A program made the translations under genes and the position numbers. A stretch of DNA of 63,293 nucleotides from an uncultured Candidatus Saccharibacteria bacterium (GTDB lineage Bacteria; Patescibacteriota; Minisyncoccia; Phycocordibacterales; UBA9973), in contig CAYHBR010000004.1 of assembly GCA_964354985.1 (NCBI GenBank), forward strand, positions 1-63,293, in the 5' to 3' direction. This document shows positions 20,807-29,521 of this stretch, piece after piece. The notes beneath the pieces are model-generated. The model saw only the letters and a program-made list of their open reading frames with translations. It did not search any database and was not told where the DNA came from. The stretch's first letter is position 1. Each line of letters begins with the position of its first letter.

Positions 20807-20866
20807 ATTGCTATTTTACTACATTTGACAAAATCCCTCGTTAAGTCTAATTTTAAAGAAAAACTT

Positions 20867-21361
20867 ATGGAACAAATATGTCACACATACGACGGCTCTG
20901 AGTTTGCTCTTTCCCTCGGAAAATGCCCCGTCAGCGGAACTATTGGTTCAGTAGAAAAAACTGAAGCAATTGTGCGTTTAAAAGGAACAAACGAAACAGA
21001 CATCTCTAGTTATATAGTTGAAAAAATTATCAACTGTGTCATTAGTCTTATTTTGCCAGGGAAACCAAAAGGTGCAATTGGTACTGAAACAAAACTTGAA
21101 ATATCTTTTATTAATCAAGTCACGACTGATTCAAAAGATATACCAAAAGACAAGCTCAGACTTATTGATACTTGGAAAGTTTTGAACGCTCGGGAAGGCA
21201 GAGGAACATTGCACGCAAATGTAGTAAAAAGCAGTGTTGTACACGGAGATACCGGAATAATTTCTCTTGATTTTCAGTTTACATTTTTTACAAAAGGAAT
21301 TGTTATTGGTCATGGTAGATACCAAATTTCCCCAACATCTCGATACAGCTTAGAATTTTAA
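20867..21361 (+). CDS. hypothetical protein
   Basis: ATG (MEQICH) at 20867, after recO. The upstream part of ORF 20630.. is antisense to recO. A terminator (acggcc-att-ggtcgt plus T9) follows at 21362-21388. Confidence 0.45.
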   Translation: MEQICHTYDGSEFALSLGKCPVSGTIGSVEKTEAIVRLKGTNETDISSYIVEKIINCVISLILPGKPKGAIGTETKLEISFINQVTTDSKDIPKDKLRLIDTWKVLNAREGRGTLHANVVKSSVVHGDTGIISLDFQFTFFTKGIVIGHGRYQISPTSRYSLEF

Positions 21362-21664
21362 ACGGCCATTGGTCGTTTTTTTTTATTTCAACTAATAACT
21401 ATCGAGGATTGATATAATAGACATTATAGTAAAATCCTTCGCCTATTTTTTTATACATTTTATTTCAGTATCTCAATTTTAAATATATTATCTCCAACTT
21501 TCACTTTTCCTCCATCGTTTTAAACAAAATATATCTGCAAAGCTACAGCAACAGCTCCGGTGTGGTGGATTGGGTGCATGTTTGTTTATTATAACAAATG
21601 AAATATTTAGCTGTTGACTTATTGCAAAAACAATGTAGTATGAACGAAACCTAAAAAATAAAAA

Positions 21665-22087
21665 ATGGACACTATCTCTCACCTGAGCCACCCACAACTA
21701 TTTAGTATTGAGTGGCTAATTATTTGTATTGCATTAGGTTTTATGATATACCTACTGCTCTCAATGTTTTCAATTACACGCGAAAGAAAAAAGTTATCTT
21801 TGCATAAAGAACGACTCGGACTCCTTATTAGAAATATGAAAGCAATGCCGATCAAAAATTTTATAATTTTTGATATGGAAGAAGTCCTGTCTCTTGAATA
21901 TGTTAACGGGGTACCTTGCTACCAAAAAGATAGCCCGACATATAATGATGATTATATATTTTATGCAGGAAATAAACTAGTTTATGCAGGGCCGTATGAC
22001 GACTACAATTTTTTCAATGAAGGACTAGAGATTGTGATCGATAATTCTTCAATCTTCTTCCCGTGGAAAGAAGATTGGAAAATGTGA
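21665..22087 (+). CDS. hypothetical membrane protein
   Basis: 140 aa with one TM (WLIICIALGFMIYLLLSMF). A TTGACT-16-TAGTAT promoter-like sequence lies at about 21614-21641. Confidence 0.45.
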   Translation: MDTISHLSHPQLFSIEWLIICIALGFMIYLLLSMFSITRERKKLSLHKERLGLLIRNMKAMPIKNFIIFDMEEVLSLEYVNGVPCYQKDSPTYNDDYIFYAGNKLVYAGPYDDYNFFNEGLEIVIDNSSIFFPWKEDWKM

Positions 22088-22104
22088 TAAAAAAATAGAG
22101 TACA

Positions 22105-22131
22105 AAAAGACTGAAAAACTTCAGTCTTTTT
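22105..22131 (+). terminator. intrinsic terminator
   Basis: aaaaagactgaa-aaac-ttcagtcttttt followed by T-rich sequence. Confidence 0.8.
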
Positions 22132-22181
22132 TTATTGTAGAAAATCTAGTAGTAAATGATTGTGACATTATTTGTTTACAG

Positions 22182-22748
22182 TTATTTTAACAAAGTTAAT
22201 ATTTCCGGTAATTCTTTTACTCCATCTTCTTCTGTAAAGTGCCCTCTATTTTCTAGTATATCCACCTTTGCATTAAGTTCATTTATAAATATATTTTTAT
22301 TTTCATTAACGAAACCGTATGTGTCATTACTTGAAAGGAATACTTGTATGTTTGAGCAAATTTTGCCTACTTTTGCAAAATTAATTGAATGTTCTATCCA
22401 TGGCTTCGCTAGATCTTGCGTTTCCTTATCCTCAAGATTATCAAGATTAAACCACCCGGCAACAAAAACAACTTTTGCGACTTTTGCCCCAATAGGCAGT
22501 GTCTCGAAAAAACGCATAATTGTTTGGCAACCAATTGAATGACCAATAAATAATGTATGTTCATCTGGCACCATAATTAAATTCTGGAGAAAAGAAACGC
22601 GTTCTTCTATCACTGGATGATCGGTGTTAGGCATTTCAGGTACAAATACTTCGTAACCGAGAAGTTCAAGCTCGTTTTTTATCCAAGGATACCAATCACT
22701 TTGTGGGGTACCGCCCCAACGATGTATGATGTAGGCTTTTTTATTCAT
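22182..22748 (-). CDS. alpha/beta serine hydrolase, RBBP9/YdeN (Ser_hydrolase) type
   Basis: 188 aa: AYIIHRWGGTPQSDWYPW, nucleophile elbow GHSIG and a C-terminal GHF. Confidence 0.72.
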   Translation of the reverse strand: MNKKAYIIHRWGGTPQSDWYPWIKNELELLGYEVFVPEMPNTDHPVIEERVSFLQNLIMVPDEHTLFIGHSIGCQTIMRFFETLPIGAKVAKVVFVAGWFNLDNLEDKETQDLAKPWIEHSINFAKVGKICSNIQVFLSSNDTYGFVNENKNIFINELNAKVDILENRGHFTEEDGVKELPEILTLLK

Positions 22749-23511
22749 ATTTATAATTATATGTTTCTAAGTCAATGCGGGTAAAATCAATTAATTTTTT
22801 TGATTCCAAATCGTATGAGCAGTTTTGATAAGGGTTTTCTGGAACATCCAATTCCAATGGATTTTGCTGGTACACATACACTTGTCCTTTGAGTGGAACA
22901 CCTGGGTAACACCAAAGTACCCATTCTTCTCTCCCCTGAATATATTCGTTTGGAAAAAATATTTGTTTTTTAGCAACTAGATAGAATAAAAAATGTTCCT
23001 CAAGAAAAAAATTCTCTTGCTCTGGAGTAATTTCACGTCCACAAAATACGGCATCTTCTTTAACATATTTCTGAAATAGGACATCACCTAGGTACCACTT
23101 CTTAAAATCAATAAAATTCTGTTCAATATTTGCACCCTTGTAATCTAAATATAGCTGATTCCAAACTTCATAAGAAAATGCTTGCTGGATTTGAAAGCGG
23201 TCTTTTTCTTTATTAAGTAGATTTTTAAAGCCATTATTATGCCTCAAAATAAGATTCATAAATTTACCCTTTAACTCCGTTGCTGGCTTTCTTGAGTTGA
23301 GGTAAAGAGAATCACCATAAACAAGATTTAGGCCAATTTTTGGATCAGATATTTTAGCAGGAGAAAAATGTTTTAAATATTCTATCAATTGCACTGGTGA
23401 TTGGCCTGTTCTGTGTTCTACCCTAGCAAGAGATATTGGAAAAACCAAAATGCCATAACCTTTCGGGAATTTATTTATATCAAAGAAAGTGTTTTTTGGA
23501 ATATTTTTCAT
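22741..23511 (-). CDS. hypothetical protein with cyclodipeptide-synthase-like (XYP-type) sequence motifs
   Basis: 256 aa. The segments GILVFPISLARVEH, LNLVYGDSLY, FFLEEHFLFYLV and VLWCYPGVP resemble, in the same order and similar spacing, the CDPS segments recalled from AlbC: GISAGNSYF (Ser37), VVYVDTHI, YVLAEAPLF (Y178/E182) and VLCYH (Y202). The YP pair instead of YH is the XYP-subfamily hallmark. This is a weak, memory-based comparison. Confidence 0.35.
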   Translation of the reverse strand: MKNIPKNTFFDINKFPKGYGILVFPISLARVEHRTGQSPVQLIEYLKHFSPAKISDPKIGLNLVYGDSLYLNSRKPATELKGKFMNLILRHNNGFKNLLNKEKDRFQIQQAFSYEVWNQLYLDYKGANIEQNFIDFKKWYLGDVLFQKYVKEDAVFCGREITPEQENFFLEEHFLFYLVAKKQIFFPNEYIQGREEWVLWCYPGVPLKGQVYVYQQNPLELDVPENPYQNCSYDLESKKLIDFTRIDLETYNYKYE

Positions 23512-23512
23512 T

Positions 23513-24058
23513 TTATTTCATCATTTTTAGTAATGCATCTCTCGCCTCGGGCAACTCATGCCAATTTGCTTTTCCACTGAGGTGCCCACCTCCTACAACT
23601 GTCACCAATTCACTATCAAGATGCTCTGCAAGTTTTTTACCTTCATCGTATGGAATGTTTGGGTCATTGTCGCCATGAATGACAACAAAATGTTTTGCAT
23701 TACTTTTAATTTTTGAGAAATTTAATGGCTCATTGTAAAAAGAAGAAAGTACTCCAGATTTTGGTTTTCCAAAACGCCCAGAAACCAAAACGACACCCTC
23801 TATTGAATGAGTAGCTTGTTCTAGGTATCTAAGCACCGCTCTCGCACCAAGACTATGCCCAACTAAATATATTTCTATGTCAGCCTCAATTACATTGGAG
23901 AGCACAGTAATCCAACTTTCGCATGTAGGCTCTAGCCCAAGTGGCATTGGTAGCGCACACGCATACACACCCTCTTTATCAAGCTCTCGCATAAGCCAAG
24001 GACGCCAAGCTTTATTTGGCGATGAATCGAGACCGTGAATTATAAATACTTTTTTCAT
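23513..24058 (-). CDS. alpha/beta serine hydrolase, RBBP9/YdeN (Ser_hydrolase) type (paralogue of 22182..22748)
   Basis: 181 aa: VFIIHGLDSSPNKAWRPWL, GHSLG, GGGHL. Confidence 0.72.
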   Translation of the reverse strand: MKKVFIIHGLDSSPNKAWRPWLMRELDKEGVYACALPMPLGLEPTCESWITVLSNVIEADIEIYLVGHSLGARAVLRYLEQATHSIEGVVLVSGRFGKPKSGVLSSFYNEPLNFSKIKSNAKHFVVIHGDNDPNIPYDEGKKLAEHLDSELVTVVGGGHLSGKANWHELPEARDALLKMMK

Positions 24059-24666
24059 ACTGCTTTCTTAATGATAAACCAATTCCAAAAATGTCGCGCA
24101 CTTCCATTTATTTTTCCTGATCGTACAACTTTCCAGCCATGTTTTATAACCTCGTCTTTAAATTCCTTTTTGCTTAAAAAAGTAAAGTGTCTTGCGTCTT
24201 GTTGTGCATCTCCAGGCTGAAAAGGAAACGGTATGTAACCAATGGCACCAGACTTGGTTAATGCATTAAGATTTAAAAAGACAGTACTCCAGTCCTGAGG
24301 TGGAATATGCATCAGTATTGCACCCATCCAAAATGCATCATACTTTTTATGTGGTAATGTTGCTTTTGCAGTTATATCGCCATTAACAAATGTTTGATTA
24401 GAAAAACGTCGTTTCGCAATAGAGATCATTTTTTTACTAAAATCGAGACCCGTGTAATGAAGATCACTCCCCATGCCCATAAACAGAGGTACATGAATTC
24501 CCCACGCGCAACCAATATCAATCACATTATTTCCTTTTTCAAGCATAGACCTAAAAAGTGGAAATCGTTTTTCGTGAAAAAAAGAATTGGTCTTTTCCTT
24601 TGTCCAATTTTCAGCATTGTCGTCGTAGTACTTTTTATTTTGTTTCTGAATTATAATATCTACCAT
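24055..24666 (-). CDS. class I SAM-dependent methyltransferase
   Basis: Motif I is VIDIGCAWG. It has the Methyltransf_11/25-like spacing (YDAFWMGAILMHIP). Confidence 0.75.
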   Translation of the reverse strand: MVDIIIQKQNKKYYDDNAENWTKEKTNSFFHEKRFPLFRSMLEKGNNVIDIGCAWGIHVPLFMGMGSDLHYTGLDFSKKMISIAKRRFSNQTFVNGDITAKATLPHKKYDAFWMGAILMHIPPQDWSTVFLNLNALTKSGAIGYIPFPFQPGDAQQDARHFTFLSKKEFKDEVIKHGWKVVRSGKINGSARHFWNWFIIKKAV

Positions 24667-27600
24667 TTATTTTTCTATCTTAACTTTTAATATAGAATCG
24701 GCGATTTTAACCTCTTCCCCATCATTTACATCAAAACTTATTTTCGAAACCATGACAGTTTTTTTGATATCATCGACAAATTTTTCAATCAAGTTTCTGC
24801 CTGATTCATCGGTTTCTATAATTAGTGAAATCGTATCAGACGGAGTGAGACCAGAGACCCTGCGCATATCCTGCAGCGCACGAATGAGTTCACGGACATT
24901 GCCTTCGGCGCGAAGCTCTGGGGTGATCTCAGTATCAAGAACAAATATCGCTTCTTTTTGAGCATCATCAAAAAATGTAAAATCAATATTTTTTACATTT
25001 ATTTCATCTTTAATAATTTCTAGATAATCAACCCAGTTGTCAGATAGTGTTATTCTATTTTGAGAAATCACAAACCTCGAGAGTGGTTGCCTCACTGGAA
25101 TTTTATTTTCCTGACGAGCAGCCAGTGCTTTTTCAACAATGCTTCGCGCGCGAGTCATATCAGAGATAACATTTTCGTTTACTTTGCCTGCAACTGGCCA
25201 AGTCGAAAGGTGCACACTTTCGGCGTCTGCATTTTTTTCGCGTGCGAGATTTTTTTCGTCTCCAACGATTTTCAATTTCTGCCAAATATCTTCGGCGGCA
25301 AATGGCGCAAATGGCGCGAGTACCTGCGAAAGTTTTTTGAGCACTATATATAATGTCTGCTTTGCATGTTGTGTGTCGATTGTGTCGCGTGTATTTTCTG
25401 CACCTTCATTTTTTGTATAATCATGTTTCAATCGGTCGCGCGAACGGCGCAAATACCAAGTCGACATGTCACCAATAAAATCACGAATTGCACGAACTGG
25501 TTCGATCATTCGGTAGCCATCGAGTGAATTTGTTGTTTCGGCAATCAATTGATTGAGACGTGTCAAAATCCATTGGTCTAAAACATTTTTGGATTTTTCG
25601 ACAGCACTTTCTGCTGTTGCCTCAAGCACCACATCTCGATAGAGTTCGTAGAAAGCCAAGACATTGTAAGTCAGTCCAAGCGTTTTACTTGCAAGTTCAC
25701 GCACGACTGCTTCATCGTAGTTTTTTCCTTCGCCTGGCTGGTTAACTGAGAACATCCAGAGACGCAAAACATCGACGCCATATTTATCCATTTGCTCCCA
25801 CGGATTTACAATGTTGCCGATAGACTTCGACATTTTTTTGCCGTCTTTGTCGAGCAAGTGTCCGAGACAAATAACATTTTTGTACGGCGTTCCGCGACCC
25901 ATGAGTACACCGACAGCGAGCAGTGTGTAGAACCAGCCACGAGTCTGATCGATCGCTTCTGAAATAAAGTCAGCTGGGTAGCCTTTCGTTTCGATCCATT
26001 CTTTATTTTCAAATGGATAGTGATCTTGGGCAAACGGCATCGAACCCGAGTCGAACCAAACATCCATAACTTCCTTGACACGACGAAATTCCTTGCCATC
26101 TTTTTCGAGCACAATGTCGTCGATAAATGGACGGTGCGGATCTAGCTCAAAATTTTCGTTGTGTGGAAATGGCGCGAAGTCAATTTTTTTATACTCCGCA
26201 TTTTTGAAATAATGATAACCGGGAATTCCTGAAATAGCATCGAGCGACTGCTGTGGCGAAAACATTTTAGCTGAAGTATCAAGTAGCCACGCCGGACCAC
26301 CGTGTGTGACTATCAAGATCTTTTTGCCACTATACTTAGTTTCAATATCAAATATAAAATCGAGCACACGCTTTCTAACATCAGCATATGACTCACCACC
26401 AACTGGTGCAGTCGTAAAATACTCAGCTGTTTTTGGAAAAGCAGAGTGGTACTCATCCCAAGTTTTTCCATCGTAGGTCTCACCGAGTTGAAATTCGATC
26501 AAGCGAATATCCTCTATTACTGCACTCGCGTCGAGGCCAAAAATTTTGGCTATTTCTTCAGCGGTTTCTTTGGTTCGACTGAGTGGTGAATAGAAAATAT
26601 AATCGAGACTTGTTTCAGATCTTATTTTTTCTGCCGTATCCGCCACTGTTTTTTTACCATTTTCTGTGAGGCTCGATTTTTCACTGAGTTCATCGGTGAT
26701 AAGATTTAGTAAATTTGAATCTGTCTCTCCGTGGCGCACTGCGTAATAAGTATTTCCACTACGCTTTGTAAGTTTTCGAATAGTCTCAAAAGAGTCGGCA
26801 ATTATTTTTTCGCCATCCTCGGCAATCCAAATCGGCAGAGGTGTTCCCCAATATCGTTCGCGTGAAATTGCCCAGTCTTTGACTTCGCGAATCCATTCGC
26901 CAAAACGACCTTCTTTGATATGCTCCGGCTCCCAATTTATTTTTTCGTTTTCAGCAACCAACTGGTCTCGCATTTTTGACATAGCAATGTACCAAGAATC
27001 CCGCGCATAATAAATGAGCGGAGTTTTGCAACGCCAGCAGTGTGGGTAGTTATGTTCAAATTTCTTTTTATCAAAAAGAAGTGAACCGGTCGGGCGATTT
27101 GCTAGGTCTTTTATGATGTCGATTGCAACATCTTCGTCTTTTACAAAACGGCCTTCAAGAAAATCTGTACCTTTAATAAATTTACCTTCGACATCGACAG
27201 TGTGGAATTTGGGCAAACCAACTTTTGAACCAAGTTCAAAGTCGTCAGCGCCGTACATGGACGCAATATGGACAATTCCAGTACCGTCTTCGGTCGTGAC
27301 GAAATCCGCCGCGTAGACTTTGTACGCATTTGGCATTTTTTCTTTTTCGCTATTTTTTTCTTCCGCCGAGATAATATTGCTAAGGTATGGATAAAGTGGT
27401 TCGTATTCCATGCCGACCATTTGGTCTCCGGTAAATGAAGTTACAATTTCTAAATTATCACCTAAAGTTTGCTTTCTTTCATCAGCAATAATTAATATTT
27501 CATCATCTTTTTTTATAAAAACATAATTAATATTTCCACCCACAGCCAAAGCCACATTACCTGGTAATGTCCATGGTGTCGTTGTCCAAGCCAACAAATA

Positions 27601-28305
27601 ACAAACATACTCTTTTCCATCTTCGAATTTAAGTTTATTTTTTAGCTTAAATTTCGCCGTCAGAGAAAGATCTTTGACATCTGCGTAGCCTTGCGCGAGC
27701 TCATGTGTCGCAAGAGCAGTTCCGCAACGCGCGCACCATGGCACGATTCGGTAGTCTTTGTAGAGCAAACCTTGTTCGTCGACGCGTTTGACTATACTCC
27801 AAAGTGATTCGACATAATTGGTATCAAAAGTATAGTAAGCTTTTGACTTGTCTACCCAGTAGCCGATGCGATCGGTAAAACTTTCCCAATCAGCGATAAA
27901 TTCAAAAACACTTTCGCGACATTCGCGATTAAACTTTGCAACTCCATATTCTTCAATTTCTTTTTTTGACTTGAGACCCAACTTTTTTTCAATCTGAAGT
28001 TCAACAGGCAAACCGTGAGTGTCCCAACCAGCGCGACGAGGCACACGAAAGCCTTGCATCGTTTTATAGCGAGGCATGACATCTTTGAAAGCCCGAGCTT
28101 CAAGGTGATGGAGTGCAGGCTTGGCATTGGCTGTCGGTGGGCCTTCGTAAAAAACATATTCACCTTTTGGAGCAACTTTTTCAAGAGTTTTCTGGAAAAT
28201 TTTCTGCTCTGCCCAAAAATGCAGCACGGCTTCTTCCCTCAGTGCTTGCACTGACTTGGTTGGTTGGTCTTTTTCTTGATTTTTTTCTTTTTCGTTATCT
28301 TTCAT
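24667..28305 (-). CDS. ileS: isoleucine--tRNA ligase carrying an inserted histidine-phosphatase (PGAM-like) domain
   Basis: PPTANAKPALHHLEAR (HIGH region), WTTTPWTLPGN (editing domain), WAISRERYWGTPLPIW, DVWFDSGS and KMSKSIGN. At 1212 aa it is about 200 aa longer than usual, because of the insert at aa ~518-715 (RHGETDSN ... IVTHGG). Confidence 0.93.
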   Translation of the reverse strand: MKDNEKEKNQEKDQPTKSVQALREEAVLHFWAEQKIFQKTLEKVAPKGEYVFYEGPPTANAKPALHHLEARAFKDVMPRYKTMQGFRVPRRAGWDTHGLPVELQIEKKLGLKSKKEIEEYGVAKFNRECRESVFEFIADWESFTDRIGYWVDKSKAYYTFDTNYVESLWSIVKRVDEQGLLYKDYRIVPWCARCGTALATHELAQGYADVKDLSLTAKFKLKNKLKFEDGKEYVCYLLAWTTTPWTLPGNVALAVGGNINYVFIKKDDEILIIADERKQTLGDNLEIVTSFTGDQMVGMEYEPLYPYLSNIISAEEKNSEKEKMPNAYKVYAADFVTTEDGTGIVHIASMYGADDFELGSKVGLPKFHTVDVEGKFIKGTDFLEGRFVKDEDVAIDIIKDLANRPTGSLLFDKKKFEHNYPHCWRCKTPLIYYARDSWYIAMSKMRDQLVAENEKINWEPEHIKEGRFGEWIREVKDWAISRERYWGTPLPIWIAEDGEKIIADSFETIRKLTKRSGNTYYAVRHGETDSNLLNLITDELSEKSSLTENGKKTVADTAEKIRSETSLDYIFYSPLSRTKETAEEIAKIFGLDASAVIEDIRLIEFQLGETYDGKTWDEYHSAFPKTAEYFTTAPVGGESYADVRKRVLDFIFDIETKYSGKKILIVTHGGPAWLLDTSAKMFSPQQSLDAISGIPGYHYFKNAEYKKIDFAPFPHNENFELDPHRPFIDDIVLEKDGKEFRRVKEVMDVWFDSGSMPFAQDHYPFENKEWIETKGYPADFISEAIDQTRGWFYTLLAVGVLMGRGTPYKNVICLGHLLDKDGKKMSKSIGNIVNPWEQMDKYGVDVLRLWMFSVNQPGEGKNYDEAVVRELASKTLGLTYNVLAFYELYRDVVLEATAESAVEKSKNVLDQWILTRLNQLIAETTNSLDGYRMIEPVRAIRDFIGDMSTWYLRRSRDRLKHDYTKNEGAENTRDTIDTQHAKQTLYIVLKKLSQVLAPFAPFAAEDIWQKLKIVGDEKNLAREKNADAESVHLSTWPVAGKVNENVISDMTRARSIVEKALAARQENKIPVRQPLSRFVISQNRITLSDNWVDYLEIIKDEINVKNIDFTFFDDAQKEAIFVLDTEITPELRAEGNVRELIRALQDMRRVSGLTPSDTISLIIETDESGRNLIEKFVDDIKKTVMVSKISFDVNDGEEVKIADSILKVKIEK

Positions 28306-28345
28306 ATTTATTTATTTAAAATTAATATTTTCTTAATCTTGATTG

Positions 28346-28403
28346 TATAAAATAAAAACTCGCCCACGAATTACGATTGTAAAAATCATAATCCAAGGGC
28401 GAG
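28346..28403 (-). terminator. T-box-controlled intrinsic terminator
   Basis: Minus strand: CUCGCCC...(AUUAUGAUU-UUUAC-AAUCGUAAU)...GGGCGAG followed by UUUUUAUUUU. Confidence 0.8.
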
Positions 28404-28650
28404 CTTCTTTGTTCTGCGCGACAATCTGCCGGCAACGAGCACGCGGTACCACCTTGTTTTTTTGCATCAGGATTTTGCAAAAGCTCTGCAAAACAACGAC
28501 ACAACTCATTGTTGCTATTACGGGCAACCCGCCGGATTTTACTCACCTTCCTTTCGGTTCCCAACTTTTAGTTTGGGCTGTTTCGCATTAAAATGCAAAT
28601 CAGGCTTTCTTTCCAGAGCTCAGGGGTGATGACCCCTTCAGCGCTTGTGA
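28346..28650 (-). promoter_or_regulatory. T-box riboswitch leader of ileS
   Basis: The minus strand carries the exact T-box core GGUGGUACCGCG (plus-strand 28442-28453). An antiterminator can be drawn as CAAGG[UGGUACC]GCG...CGC-CCUUG, and its 3' strand (AGCUCGCCCUUG) is also the 5' arm of the terminator. UGGU fits a tRNA with discriminator A. ileS lies downstream. Confidence 0.85.
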
Positions 28651-28654
28651 CCTA

Positions 28655-28682
28655 ACTATATGAGAAAATAGGAATTTTGCAA
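28655..28682 (-). promoter_or_regulatory. sigma70-like promoter for the T-box leader
   Basis: Minus strand: TTGCAA, 16 nt, TATAGT. Confidence 0.5.
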
Positions 28683-28740
28683 GAAAAAAAAATGACAAAT
28701 AAAAAAACTCCCCTTTCGAGGAGCCTTACTATGGGGGAAA

Positions 28741-29466
28741 CTAATTTAAAATCCGAATTCCTTGTTCTTTCGAAATACGATGCTCGCGAGTCGCACCATT
28801 TGATGATTCCCAACCGGGCATCATTTTCAAAGTTTTTATATGTCCACTTTTTAAAACTGGAACATATACTTCTTCCAAAATAGGATTTTCTGTACCCGAA
28901 AATTTTTCCGGAAATCTTGCGCCAATTTCTCTGAAAATATCCTCAAAAGGCGTCTGATTGAAAACTAAATGATTTTTATTGGTTGTATCAATAACATGTT
29001 GATGAAACAACTCAATGTTTTTTTTACGATCGCCTGTTCCGCCCGTTGAAATTGGACCGGAAACTAACACCCAATTTTCTCCTCTTTTCAAAATATTCAT
29101 AAATATTTCACGAACAGCAGGGAGTGAGTCCGGCGTAAATTCAAGCGAATACAGATGAAACAAATCTGATTTGGTGATATGAGGCCGATGATTGAAAGTT
29201 ATTTCTTCTTCAACATTCTCATACGCCCATCTCTTTTCGTCAAAAAAAGGTTCACTGAATCCATCAATAAAAATAGGTAAGCAAGTTGCGTTCATGTTCG
29301 GGTCAATCGATTTACAAATCCGGAGACTTTTAATCTCATTTGTAGCCTGAGCCAAACGATACAAATCGTGCCAATTTTCATGATCACTGTATTTTTTTTG
29401 GTTTTGACTAAAAACATTTTTAATAAGCCCGTGAAGCAAATGGGAGTTTTTGGCATATCTTTTCAT
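28741..29466 (-). CDS. hypothetical protein with a C-terminal DUF4406 / nucleoside 2-deoxyribosyltransferase-like domain
   Basis: VLVSGPISTGGTGDRKKNIELF ... MPGWESSNGATREHRISKEQGIRI fits the DUF4406 pattern (GP..G....N...F ... W..S.GA..E). ATG (MKRYAK) at 29466 is preferred over the TTG at 29520. Confidence 0.4.
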   Translation of the reverse strand: MKRYAKNSHLLHGLIKNVFSQNQKKYSDHENWHDLYRLAQATNEIKSLRICKSIDPNMNATCLPIFIDGFSEPFFDEKRWAYENVEEEITFNHRPHITKSDLFHLYSLEFTPDSLPAVREIFMNILKRGENWVLVSGPISTGGTGDRKKNIELFHQHVIDTTNKNHLVFNQTPFEDIFREIGARFPEKFSGTENPILEEVYVPVLKSGHIKTLKMMPGWESSNGATREHRISKEQGIRILN

Positions 29467-29521
29467 GGTACATTTTTTAGAGTTTGAGATGCATAGTACT
29501 AGAAAACAACTTATTGTCAAA

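Noticed and set aside
20630-20866. N-terminal 79 codons of ORF 20630..21361
   Set aside because: This part is antisense to recO. The gene is more plausibly started at the ATG at 20867, in the intergenic region.
21558-21579. 22-nt near-copy (cggtgtggtggattgggtgcat) of the recO 5' end (20787-20808)
   Set aside because: It shares only a 13-nt exact core plus a 6-nt block. Matches of this size are expected by chance in a 63-kb window searched on both strands, and there is no extended homology.
28322-28591. Three 64-82-aa ORFs on both strands upstream of ileS
   Set aside because: They fall within the T-box leader and terminator. The RNA structure explains the region.
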